Shown here: in pieces, positions 48,421 to 58,211 of the stretch
Numbering within the stretch: position 1 is the first letter of the stretch
How the letters are laid out: every line of letters starts with the position of its first letter
Assembly (NCBI GenBank): GCA_947448795.1
Contig: CANFOZ010000005.1
Span: forward strand, 1 to 61,879
Length of the DNA: 61,879 nt
DNA from: Bacteroidota bacterium
Lineage (GTDB): Bacteria; Bacteroidota; Bacteroidia; AKYH767-A; JAHEYN01
Direction: 5' to 3'
The notes under the pieces: model-generated
Told to the model about the DNA's origin: nothing
The model's input: only the letters and a program-made list of their open reading frames with translations
The model's database searches: none
Position numbers and translations under genes: made by a program

Positions 48421-51400
48421 GAATGAGGGTGATATTGCCTTTTTTGGTAACTTCTTCTCCGTTCTTCAAAGTTGCATGCAAGTAATAAATGAATACATTT
48501 TCATTCATCAAAACGCCTTTTAATTTTCCGTCCCAACCAACAGTTTTGTCGTTTGTTTGAAAGACTTTCTCTCCCCATCTATCGAAGATCATGAATTCTA
48601 AAATAGTGATGCAGTTGCCATATACATAAAGCACTTCGTTATTCCCGTCGTTGTCAGGCGAGAAGGCGTTGGGCACAAATACATTGCCGCACTTGTTTTC
48701 TACAATCACGCGAACAGTGTCTGTGCTGCTACATCCATTAGCATCGGTGAGGGTGAGGGTATACGTAGTCGTCGTCTGTGGGTTGGCTAAAGGATTTGGA
48801 CAGTTGCTGCAACTCAATCCCTCAGCAGGTGTCCATGCATAGCTAGGCTGCATTGCATTGTCGGTGCTGCTAATTTGAACAGGCACGCTGTCGGCTACGG
48901 TTAGCGTTGGTCCTGCATCAAGCGATACCGCAGCGGCTTGTTCAATGTTGAAGGAAATAGCACTGCTGCACCCCGCGCTGTCTGTTATCGAAACACTATA
49001 GCTTCCCGCTTGCAAGCCTGTAACTCCTGCTCCGCTAGATCCGTTGCTCCAGGTAAAACTATAAGGTGGTATACCAGCTACAGGTACGATGTTCGCCGAG
49101 CCCGTGTTTGCTCCATTGCAGGCCACATCGCTCGTGCTTACCAAGCCTGCTGCTGGCGTCGACGTGTTGATGGTTATGGAGTCTATTATGCTGCATCCAT
49201 TGACATCGGTAACGTTAATAAAATAGATCCCTGCGGCCAAGCTTGAAAGGGTTGAATCACCTATTGCGCCTGTATTCCATTGATAATTTATCGGGCCTGT
49301 TCCCCCATTAGCCAAAGCTAATGCGCTGCCATTCGCATTGCCACACGTGGTGTTTATTACGGTTACGGATAATTGAAGAACAGGGGGAGCTGCTATCGTG
49401 AAGTTTTGATTGCTTGTACAGCCAGCGGAATCGGTTATGGTGAGTGTGTAATTGCCTGCCGGTAAATTGCTTGCACTGCTTGCATTGCCGCCAATCGGAC
49501 TCCATGCATAAACATACGGTGTTGTGCCGCCAGTAACACTGGTGTTTATCACGCCGGTGCTATCTCCATTGCAAAGTAAGCCGGTGCTGTTTTGTGTAGC
49601 AATACTTGGCGCATTGGTATTGACAACAACCGCGGTGTCTATGATGGAGCAGCTGTTAGAGTCGCTAACAGTAACATAGTAGCTACCTGAAGCGAGTCCC
49701 GTTATAGTGTCGTTTGTTTGACCCGCCGAGGCCCAATTGTAGGTCAGTGTGCCAGTGCCACCAGATGCCGTTACCCAGGCCGAGCCATTGCTAATACCAC
49801 AAGCAGCAGGCGCAGAAAAAGTCGAGGAGAGGAGCGGCGCAGGATCGATAATAGTCACAGTTACAGGATAGCTGTTTCCGTTTGCATCGCTTACGGTTGC
49901 CGTATAATTTCCGTCGCATAATCCAGTTGCTGTTTGGGTCAATTGGCCGTTACTCCAAGAATAGGTATAGGGACCCGTGCCTCCAATCGGTGTTGCTGTT
50001 GCACTTGCATTGCAGGCGCCGGGGCAGGTTGGCGTGGTGTGTGCTTCCGAAGCCATCATGGATGTGAAGCACTGCGCCGGCATCGGGTTGCAAGCGGCTA
50101 TGTTTACACTGCTGACAAAGCCATTGCCGCAGGCGATAACATTGCCGCTACTCGTTACATCAACATCATACACGGCTCCACTTGTTGCAGAAAAAGAAAG
50201 CTGCGTGAGGGCCGCATCAAATTTATATACACCGCTTGTTGAGCCCACATAAATGTTCCCGCAACTGTCGATATCAAGTCCGCTATTGCCCGGGGTGTTG
50301 CCACCCACGAAAGGCACCGTGCTTGAAACTCCGCCAGGAATGGTCACGCTGTTGATAATGGCTCCGGTGCTTAAGTTTCGGCGGTGAAGCGTTGTTCCGT
50401 TTTGGGTATATAAATAAACCGAATTCGCTCGCATCGCACTGATGCCTTGGTTCGTAGAGCCATATGCAGGGATTCCATAGGTAAAGTTGTACGTACTGCT
50501 GGTTTGATAATCTACCGTTAAGCCGCTATTCAAAGCGCCGATCGAGTCTAATGTTAAATAATAGTATTTGCCGTTCGGACCCGAGCAAATGGAGCGTACT
50601 TCTTTGATCGTGGGGATAAATCCTCCAGTAGTGTAGCCAACATCCAAGTAGCTCGAAATGCTTCCGTTTGCTAGGTTGATTTTCATGATCGAGCCTCGAT
50701 AACTGGATGTGGAGAATGGGCTAGGTGTGCGCATACCGCCAATCAAGAGCTCCGTGTAGTCGCAGTTGAAAGCCATATGCCAGTACTCGAAAAGGGGACC
50801 AAAAAGTCCGTTTGGATTGTTGTACCACACAGAGCTGCCCGAAGGGTTAATTTTGCGAAGCTCGCCGTTGGCACTAGACGTGATGTAACTGTTGCCGGAT
50901 GGGTCCACGATGAAGGTGCCAATCCAAAAATTTGTAGTATCCCAAGCCGTGGTGTAAGTCCACTGCAAAGTACCTGTAGTGCTGTATTTTTTGAGCACCA
51001 TCGGCATCTCGCCTCCGTAAATAAAAACATTGCCCGCTGCATCTGTTTCGGTTTCCCAGATTTTGTTTGAGCTTGGCAATGCAGGCGTAGCCGTCCATGG
51101 ATCGATGATGAGCGTGCTGCTATGGTCGTAGTTATCGATATGAAAACGAACAACATCTCCGCTGCGTTCAAAGCGGGATGCAATAAAATGGCCTTGCTCC
51201 GATTCTAAATAACTGCTCGGGGCATGATCCACGATGGCTCCGAGTGGTGTTTTAAATACAAGCTCTCCATCGGTGTTTAAAGTCCAAGGCCGATCCGATT
51301 GAATCCGCATAGCAATGGCATTCACGTCTCCACCGGGATGAACAAGAAATGCATATTTGATACCCCTTTCAGGGTGAATAGTATACACGAGATCAATATG

Positions 51401-51853
51401 TGGATACAGGTTTTTATAGACCAGGCGCTTGTACCCTTTGATATGAGCTACCTCATGCTCACTACTAATAAGCGCTGTTTCCTCATCACTGGTTACATCT
51501 TCAGCTATTAGCAGGCTTGCTGGACTTCTGTTTACCCATTCAATTCGAACATTCCCGGTTTGTTTTTCAAGTTTCTCATTTGCCTCCCGCTCTGCGCCCC
51601 ATTCGCGTTTTGGTTTGAATTTATCGATACGCCAGCTCATGCCGTCTTGGGTAAAAAGCGCCCTGATAGGGCCTTCTGTGTATCCGAAAAGAATGCGTGA
51701 TCGAATATCACGGCTCAGTCCATCCAGTTGTGCACGATTCTCTCTGAATACCGCATCGCCAGGTCGTGTTTGTTTCCACGACGGATTGCCCGCCTGTAAA
51801 CTAAATGTAAGAAGCACAAGCAATTGGATAAACAGGAATGTAATTGTCTTCAT
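48413..51853 (-). CDS. Large T9SS type B cargo (SprB-repeat adhesin with gliding-motility-associated CTD)
   Basis: Signal peptide from MKTITFLF; YKNLYPHIDL...IIDP N-terminal domain; propeller-like region; SprB repeats (GGTGPYTYSW, VTDVNGC); PNAFSPDNDGNN...FDRWGE...WDG CTD. Confidence 0.88.
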   Translation of the reverse strand: MKTITFLFIQLLVLLTFSLQAGNPSWKQTRPGDAVFRENRAQLDGLSRDIRSRILFGYTEGPIRALFTQDGMSWRIDKFKPKREWGAEREANEKLEKQTGNVRIEWVNRSPASLLIAEDVTSDEETALISSEHEVAHIKGYKRLVYKNLYPHIDLVYTIHPERGIKYAFLVHPGGDVNAIAMRIQSDRPWTLNTDGELVFKTPLGAIVDHAPSSYLESEQGHFIASRFERSGDVVRFHIDNYDHSSTLIIDPWTATPALPSSNKIWETETDAAGNVFIYGGEMPMVLKKYSTTGTLQWTYTTAWDTTNFWIGTFIVDPSGNSYITSSANGELRKINPSGSSVWYNNPNGLFGPLFEYWHMAFNCDYTELLIGGMRTPSPFSTSSYRGSIMKINLANGSISSYLDVGYTTGGFIPTIKEVRSICSGPNGKYYYLTLDSIGALNSGLTVDYQTSSTYNFTYGIPAYGSTNQGISAMRANSVYLYTQNGTTLHRRNLSTGAIINSVTIPGGVSSTVPFVGGNTPGNSGLDIDSCGNIYVGSTSGVYKFDAALTQLSFSATSGAVYDVDVTSSGNVIACGNGFVSSVNIAACNPMPAQCFTSMMASEAHTTPTCPGACNASATATPIGGTGPYTYSWSNGQLTQTATGLCDGNYTATVSDANGNSYPVTVTIIDPAPLLSSTFSAPAACGISNGSAWVTASGGTGTLTYNWASAGQTNDTITGLASGSYYVTVSDSNSCSIIDTAVVVNTNAPSIATQNSTGLLCNGDSTGVINTSVTGGTTPYVYAWSPIGGNASSASNLPAGNYTLTITDSAGCTSNQNFTIAAPPVLQLSVTVINTTCGNANGSALALANGGTGPINYQWNTGAIGDSTLSSLAAGIYFINVTDVNGCSIIDSITINTSTPAAGLVSTSDVACNGANTGSANIVPVAGIPPYSFTWSNGSSGAGVTGLQAGSYSVSITDSAGCSSAISFNIEQAAAVSLDAGPTLTVADSVPVQISSTDNAMQPSYAWTPAEGLSCSNCPNPLANPQTTTTYTLTLTDANGCSSTDTVRVIVENKCGNVFVPNAFSPDNDGNNEVLYVYGNCITILEFMIFDRWGEKVFQTNDKTVGWDGKLKGVLMNENVFIYYLHATLKNGEEVTKKGNITLIHE

Positions 51854-51951
51854 GCGAACAAATTTAGCATTGTTTTTTATTCTTAACACCTTTTTTAAAC
51901 CTTTGTATTTCTGCTTTGTCAAAGCAAAAATGTAAATTTCAAAGATAAACC

Positions 51952-53595
51952 ATGAGCCGAATAGACTATTCTCGCTTCTCCTTGCTAGTTATCTTTTTGC
52001 TAGCCCAGCTTGCAGTTCACGCACAAACATTCGATATTGTTCTCGGACGACCAACAGGTTCATCCATTACAGCAAGCGTCATGTTCAACCAAGCCGAAGA
52101 GTTCTATTTCGAATACGGTACCTCTTCGGGTGTATACAACGCTTCATCAATCAATTTTACCGCTGCTCCCAACGTACCCGTAGAGGCCGATATAACTGGT
52201 CTAACTGCGAACACGCTTTATTATTATCGACTGAAACACCATGCTGTCGGTGCTTCCACCTATAACACAAGCTCCGAGTATACATTCCATACCCAGCGTG
52301 CCGTAGGCAGTGAGTTCTCCTTCACGGTAGAAGCCGATGAGCACCTCTACGATAAAAAAGGTGTGCAGAGCATTTACAATATATGCTTGGATAATCAAGC
52401 CAAGGACAAGCCTGATTTTATGTTCTCCCTGGGCGATACCTTCGGTGATGACCATACGGCCTTTACCATCACCTCAGACACATTAGACGAATTGCATCGC
52501 TTCTATCGTCCTTTTCTCGGACGTATCACCCACTCAGTGCCGTTCTATTTCTGCTTGGGAAATCACGAGGGAGAGAACGACTATTACATGCTGCAGAATC
52601 CGCCGAACAACTTGGCCATTATGGGTACGCTTTGGCGCAAATACTATTATCCGAATCCGTATCCGAACAACTTTTACACCGGTAATACAGAAGTAGAACC
52701 TTATGGTGTTGGCACTCCGGAAAACTATTATGCATTCACATGGGGCAATGCCTTATTCGTGGTGTTGGACGTCTATCGAAACGAATGCGACACATCGCCG
52801 AAGCCACAAGGTTGGAACTGGTCTTTGGGTCAACCGCAATACGATTGGCTGAAAACTACCTTGGAAGGAAGTCAAGCCCAATATAAATTCGTGTTCGCAC
52901 ACCATGTGCGTGGTCAAGGCCGCGGTGGAATTCTAGAAGCGAAGTTGTATGAGTGGGGTGGCTACGAGCAAAATGGAACATCCTACACCTTTCCGGCAAA
53001 CAGACCAACAATGGCCAAGCCCATCCATCAACTTTTTATTGATAACGGCGTGACGATTTTCTTCCAAGGCCATGACCACGTCTTCGCGCACGAAGTGATG
53101 GATAACATCACCTACCAAGCGGTACCGATGCCAAGCGATTCAACCTATATGATCGGCAAATTAGCCAATGCCGATGCGTATGTTTCAGACACACTCGATG
53201 GAACAGGACATATCCGTGTGAAAATCAATCCTACTTGCGTAAAGGTGGATTATGTAAAAGCGTACTTGCCCGCCGATACCTTGAGTGGCCAACATCACAA
53301 CGGCGAAATCGGATTTACCTATACGCTCGGTACATGTTCACCAACCGGCATAAGCAAGCCCGGACTCGAACAGGCTGTGATGGTCTATCCGAATCCCGCA
53401 AAAGATCTGCTGGTCGTGCAGCTACCCCCTGAACTCGAAAAGTATCGTATTCGCTTGCTGAACCTCTTGGGACAAGAAGTATTGAATACGAGATCAACGA
53501 GCATTGATGTGCGCGCCCTTCCGAGCGGAGTGTATATTATGTCTCTGGAATCGGCTCAGGTAACCCTTACTCGCAAAGTCATCATCAACCATTAA
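51952..53595 (+). CDS. Calcineurin-like/purple-acid-type metallophosphoesterase with N-terminal FN3-like domain and T9SS CTD
   Basis: ADEH, LGD, GNHE, FAHH and GHDH metal motifs; YPNP...GVY...KVII CTD. Confidence 0.88.
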   Translation: MSRIDYSRFSLLVIFLLAQLAVHAQTFDIVLGRPTGSSITASVMFNQAEEFYFEYGTSSGVYNASSINFTAAPNVPVEADITGLTANTLYYYRLKHHAVGASTYNTSSEYTFHTQRAVGSEFSFTVEADEHLYDKKGVQSIYNICLDNQAKDKPDFMFSLGDTFGDDHTAFTITSDTLDELHRFYRPFLGRITHSVPFYFCLGNHEGENDYYMLQNPPNNLAIMGTLWRKYYYPNPYPNNFYTGNTEVEPYGVGTPENYYAFTWGNALFVVLDVYRNECDTSPKPQGWNWSLGQPQYDWLKTTLEGSQAQYKFVFAHHVRGQGRGGILEAKLYEWGGYEQNGTSYTFPANRPTMAKPIHQLFIDNGVTIFFQGHDHVFAHEVMDNITYQAVPMPSDSTYMIGKLANADAYVSDTLDGTGHIRVKINPTCVKVDYVKAYLPADTLSGQHHNGEIGFTYTLGTCSPTGISKPGLEQAVMVYPNPAKDLLVVQLPPELEKYRIRLLNLLGQEVLNTRSTSIDVRALPSGVYIMSLESAQVTLTRKVIINH

Positions 53596-53613
53596 TTTCA
53601 TAACCTCCCATTT

Positions 53614-55335
53614 ATGAAACTGCTGAACCCCATTCTTCTTGTATTGCTCTTTACAGGTCTTCTGAGCACCGGTAAGGCCCAGAATATGATGTTTTCGGAG
53701 CTACTCGGCCGACCTACAGACCACAGCATCACCATTCAAGCCTTCTTTGCTGATTCGGTGGAAATGAGCATTCAATATGGCACTAACCCGGGTAATTATA
53801 CGAGTCAAACTGCTTGGCAAGCCTTCTCGGATAGCATGCCTGCTGAAGTTGTAGTGAGCGGTCTACAAGCGGATACGCGGTATTTCTATCGCATGAATTA
53901 TCGCTTGCCCGGCTCCACGAATGTGATACAGCGTCCGGAGTATACCTTTCAAACCCAACGCTCACCGGGCCGTACCTTCTCTTTCGTTGTAGAAGCCGAT
54001 CCGCACCTCGATGCGCAAAGTGACTCCACTTTGTATAAGCTCTGTCTGCAAAACCAACTCGAAGATCAACCGGATTTCATGATTGATTTGGGTGATGTGA
54101 TGATGACCGACAAGCTGCGCAATGCTTCCAATGTGGTGCCGCACGACACCGTACCCTACCGTTGTAAATTATTTCGGTCCTATTACCAGCGTTCATGCCA
54201 CTCAATGCCCTTGTTCATGGCACTGGGAAACCACGAAGGCGAAGCAGGTTGGTACAACCTTGGTCAAGGGAATGATATGTCTATCTGGGACTCGCAAGAG
54301 CGCAAAAAGTATTTCCCGAACCCCATCCCCGATAACTTTTACAGCGGAGATACAACGAATAATCCATTCGTTGGGGTGCGCGAGAATTTCTACACCTGGC
54401 AATGGGGTGATGCGCAGTTCATCGTGCTCGATCCCTATTGGTACACCATGACCAAGCCCGACTCTTTGCATGGCTGGTATTGGTCCTTAGGCAAACCGCA
54501 ATACGATTGGCTAAAACGCACACTCGAGAACAGCACTGCAAAATTCAAGTTTGTTTTTGCCCACCAAATCATCGGTGGCGACCCTGAAGGACGCGGCGGT
54601 GTTGAATATGCCGACAAATATGAATGGGGTGGCAACAACCTCGATGGAACGCCCGGTTTTGCCGCTAATCGCCCGGGATGGTATAAGCCAATCCGTGAAT
54701 TATTAGAGGAAAATCACGTGAACATATTCTTTCACGGCCACGATCATTTCTTCGGCAAGCAAGACCTCAACTGTCTCGTCTATCAAGAGGTTCCGCAGCC
54801 GAGTCACCCCAATTTTAGTACTGCAACCTATGCCACCACATACGGCTATGTGCAAGGACAAATTTTGCCAAACTCCGGACACATGCGCGTGACCGTCATG
54901 GATACCGTCGTCAAAGTTGAATATGTGCGCGCCTATCTTCCTCAAAATGAAAACGGCACGCGACACAACAAAGATGTTTCAGCTAGCTATTTTATACCGG
55001 CATTCAATTGCTACGACTCCCTTTCAATGAGTACGCCCGTTATATGGAATAGTAACTACGGCGAAGACATCGCGTATCCGAATCCTTTTAGTCATGAAAC
55101 GGTGATTCCGGTGGATGTGCCGTCAACAATGCCTTTGCGCTTGGTTATTCTTGATCCCCTAGGCCGTGTCGTGCGTACCTTGTTGAATGGTCACACACTC
55201 GAACAAGGATCTTACAAATTGGTGTGGGATGGCTTGGATGCCAATAACGGTCAGCTTCCATCAGGCAATTATTCCTTCATGCTTACAGGTAATGCCGGTT
55301 TGTTGAAAACAGGCAAGCTCGTATTGATCAGATGA
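53614..55335 (+). CDS. Paralogous metallophosphoesterase with FlgD-Ig/T9SS-type CTD
   Basis: ADPH, LGD, GNHE, FAHQ and GHDH motifs; YPNPF...GRVVRTL...WDG...SGNY...KLVLIR. Confidence 0.88.
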   Translation: MKLLNPILLVLLFTGLLSTGKAQNMMFSELLGRPTDHSITIQAFFADSVEMSIQYGTNPGNYTSQTAWQAFSDSMPAEVVVSGLQADTRYFYRMNYRLPGSTNVIQRPEYTFQTQRSPGRTFSFVVEADPHLDAQSDSTLYKLCLQNQLEDQPDFMIDLGDVMMTDKLRNASNVVPHDTVPYRCKLFRSYYQRSCHSMPLFMALGNHEGEAGWYNLGQGNDMSIWDSQERKKYFPNPIPDNFYSGDTTNNPFVGVRENFYTWQWGDAQFIVLDPYWYTMTKPDSLHGWYWSLGKPQYDWLKRTLENSTAKFKFVFAHQIIGGDPEGRGGVEYADKYEWGGNNLDGTPGFAANRPGWYKPIRELLEENHVNIFFHGHDHFFGKQDLNCLVYQEVPQPSHPNFSTATYATTYGYVQGQILPNSGHMRVTVMDTVVKVEYVRAYLPQNENGTRHNKDVSASYFIPAFNCYDSLSMSTPVIWNSNYGEDIAYPNPFSHETVIPVDVPSTMPLRLVILDPLGRVVRTLLNGHTLEQGSYKLVWDGLDANNGQLPSGNYSFMLTGNAGLLKTGKLVLIR

Positions 55336-55363
55336 TTACATTTACTAATACAAAACAATAACC

Positions 55364-56968
55364 ATGAAAAAAGTACTCACCTTGCTACTGCTGATTTTCG
55401 CATCAACAGCTTTTGCCCACGATTTGAATTACGAACGCGTGATTGCGCGGACCTGGCACAAGCAACACGATGGTCGTGAGTTACACGGTACTTTTTTCAT
55501 GCACAAAGCGGATCGGGTGTATCTGCAGGATGCACAAGGTGCTGTTTTTACGGTTTATTTTAACGATTTGTCGGCTGCCGACCAAGCATTTGTTCAAGCC
55601 AAGGATAATCAAATTGCACGTTTGAATTCATTCAATACATCGGTTTCAAATCCGGAAGTCGCTCAATCAGTTCCGTATGGTAAATATGCTTTTGTTTTTT
55701 GCCTGCTTTTGCTGGCGGGTCTATTGGCTATGCGTTTCCTTGAAAAACAAAGTTTGCGCTATGTGCTGCCGGTATTGGGTTTTGGAGTGATGACATTGCT
55801 ATACAGCTTCTCTGGAAAGCCATTGCACATGCTGCAAGCTGCCAACGATCCAATCGCGATGGATTCGGCTTTCGCCCCCTTCCGTCCGAACGTGCATACC
55901 TTTTGGGACGCTACGTATTTTCATGTTGAATCGCGAGGGATACCCGCTACGCACGAAATGATGGTGGGCATCTCCAACCACGGCTGGCAGCAACAAGTGC
56001 CGATTCCGCAGTGTTACATGGACACGAACTCATGGAGCATTCCATTGAATCCGGTCATGGCCGCGAGTCCAATTCCGGTTGATTCCGTTCATTTCACACG
56101 CGGAGCGATTGCTATCGCCGTGAACGGGGTGCCAATTTTCAACGTACACACGAATACCGGCGTCGATTCTTACTTAGATGGTCAATTGGATATCTACGGG
56201 GGCCATTGCGGTCGTGCCGATGATTACCACTATCACACAGCACCGCTTAGCCTTTACAGTTATACAAGTGCGCATCTTCCGATTGCCTATGGACTTGATG
56301 GCTTTGCTGTTTACGGCTCTATTGAGCCCGATGGCAGTGCCATGCAGACACTGGATGCGAATCATGGTCACTTGGGTACCAATGGCGTGTATCACTACCA
56401 CGGCACCGCAACTGCACCGTATATGATTGCAGCCATGGCCGGCGAGGTAACAGAAGATGCAACCCATCAGCTCATTCCGCAGCCGGCAGCACATCCGGTG
56501 CGTCCATCCCTCACACCGCTCAATGGTGCTTTGATTACCGCGTGTACTCCAAATGCGAACAACAACGGGTATAATCTTACCTATACGCTCAACGGTGTTA
56601 CCGATTCGGTTGTTTACAGCTGGACTAACAATGGTCAGTATGCCTTTAATTTTTACGTGAATGGTGTTTTAACCACCAACAATTACAATGGTTTCACGCA
56701 ATGTACGGTGCCACTTACTCCGGTAGGAATTACGCCAGAAAATAGTGTGGCAACAGAATTAAACATCTATCCAAATCCGGTTACAAAAACACTGTATCTC
56801 AAGGGTGCTGCTGGTTTAGTTCGCATCTATTCCATAGATGGGAAACAAGTTTTTATGTCCAACGCAACAGTTCAAACCATCGATGTAAGTCGATTTGACA
56901 GAGGGCTCTACATGCTATCTGTAGAGAATGAAAAAGGCCGTGTTACCAAGAAGTTCATCGTCCAATAA
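55364..56968 (+). CDS. YHYH-domain protein with SHD1-like N-domain, two TM helices and T9SS CTD
   Basis: RTW...LSAADQAFV (SHD1-like), two hydrophobic helices, GAIAIAVNGVPIFN, GHCGRADDYHYH, DGFAVYG, LDANHGH...YHYH and YPNP...KKFIVQ. Confidence 0.85.
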   Translation: MKKVLTLLLLIFASTAFAHDLNYERVIARTWHKQHDGRELHGTFFMHKADRVYLQDAQGAVFTVYFNDLSAADQAFVQAKDNQIARLNSFNTSVSNPEVAQSVPYGKYAFVFCLLLLAGLLAMRFLEKQSLRYVLPVLGFGVMTLLYSFSGKPLHMLQAANDPIAMDSAFAPFRPNVHTFWDATYFHVESRGIPATHEMMVGISNHGWQQQVPIPQCYMDTNSWSIPLNPVMAASPIPVDSVHFTRGAIAIAVNGVPIFNVHTNTGVDSYLDGQLDIYGGHCGRADDYHYHTAPLSLYSYTSAHLPIAYGLDGFAVYGSIEPDGSAMQTLDANHGHLGTNGVYHYHGTATAPYMIAAMAGEVTEDATHQLIPQPAAHPVRPSLTPLNGALITACTPNANNNGYNLTYTLNGVTDSVVYSWTNNGQYAFNFYVNGVLTTNNYNGFTQCTVPLTPVGITPENSVATELNIYPNPVTKTLYLKGAAGLVRIYSIDGKQVFMSNATVQTIDVSRFDRGLYMLSVENEKGRVTKKFIVQ

Positions 56969-56975
56969 AAGCACA

Positions 56976-58202
56976 ATGAAACTTCTTTTTACTGCGTTCT
57001 TCACCGCGCTGACTGGCTTTGCATATGCGCAATACAACGGCACGGGTTCTGTAACACAAGGCCCTGCCGCAACTGTATTTAGCAACATGTACACCTGCAC
57101 CGGCGGGCGTGTGACGAATGTCGGCACCATCACGGCAAGCGACAACACCGTGTGGACAGTGCCTGCAGCTGTGAATTTTCAAAGCAGCGCATTTCCCTTT
57201 GCATCCGATCTTTACAATCCTTGTACCGGTCCTTTGTATGCCAATACAGCAGCTGCTTTGGCAGCTCTAACCGGCAGCGATACCATCACCATTGATACAG
57301 ATGGAGAACTGATTACGGCTTTTGTTTTTGCCGATAATTATTTTGAGATGTACATCAATGGAACCGCTGTTGGTAAAGACGATGTGCCCTTCACGCAGTT
57401 CAACTCAAACATCATCCGCTTCCGTGTGAAACGGCCATTTACCATCGCCATGCATTTGGTCGATTGGGAAGAAAATCTCGGCCTGGGTTCTGAAAACAAC
57501 AACGGCTTTTCCTATCATCCCGGCGATGGCGGCATGGTGGCTGTTTTTAAAGATGCGAGTGGCAATATCATTGCAAAAACTGGATCTGATTGGAAAGCGC
57601 AAACCTTTTATACCGCACCGATTACCGATCTTGCTTGCCCAACTGAAACGGGTGCCCTGCGATCTTCATCTGCTTGCAGCACCGCCGACTCCAACAACGG
57701 AAGTCAATACTATGGTTTGCATTGGGCTTTGCCAACGAATTGGATGGATGCGGCCTACAACGATGCCGATTGGCCGAACGCAAACACATTTACCAATGCT
57801 GAGATTGGCGTGAACAACAAACCGGCGTACACCAATTTCACCGATATCTTCGATGCACCTGCCAAAGATGCCGAATTCATCTGGAGCAGCAACGTCATTC
57901 TCGACAACGAAGTGATCGTGCGATATAAAGTTTTAGCGGCATCAATACCAAGTGATAAATCGCTCTTGCAACCCATCGAGCTAATTCCCAACCCCGCTTC
58001 TAAATTCGTCGACATACGCGCCGCTGCTGACATGAAACCAGGATCCATTGAAATTTTCAACACCTTGGGTGATTGTGTTTATACATCAGTCGGCTCTGAA
58101 ACACGCATTGACACAAGCACTTGGCCTTCGGGTTGCTATGTCGTGAAATATACCTCCAGCAACGGCTCACAGTTCCGCAAACTCATTATCCAGTCCAATT
58201 AA
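56976..58202 (+). CDS. Uncharacterised T9SS cargo with jelly-roll-like domain
   Basis: Signal peptide from MKLLFTAF; FADNYFEMYING, WMDAAYNDADWPNA and AEFIW motifs; PNPA...GCY...KLIIQ CTD. Confidence 0.75.
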   Translation: MKLLFTAFFTALTGFAYAQYNGTGSVTQGPAATVFSNMYTCTGGRVTNVGTITASDNTVWTVPAAVNFQSSAFPFASDLYNPCTGPLYANTAAALAALTGSDTITIDTDGELITAFVFADNYFEMYINGTAVGKDDVPFTQFNSNIIRFRVKRPFTIAMHLVDWEENLGLGSENNNGFSYHPGDGGMVAVFKDASGNIIAKTGSDWKAQTFYTAPITDLACPTETGALRSSSACSTADSNNGSQYYGLHWALPTNWMDAAYNDADWPNANTFTNAEIGVNNKPAYTNFTDIFDAPAKDAEFIWSSNVILDNEVIVRYKVLAASIPSDKSLLQPIELIPNPASKFVDIRAAADMKPGSIEIFNTLGDCVYTSVGSETRIDTSTWPSGCYVVKYTSSNGSQFRKLIIQSN

Positions 58203-58211
58203 TAAAGCATT

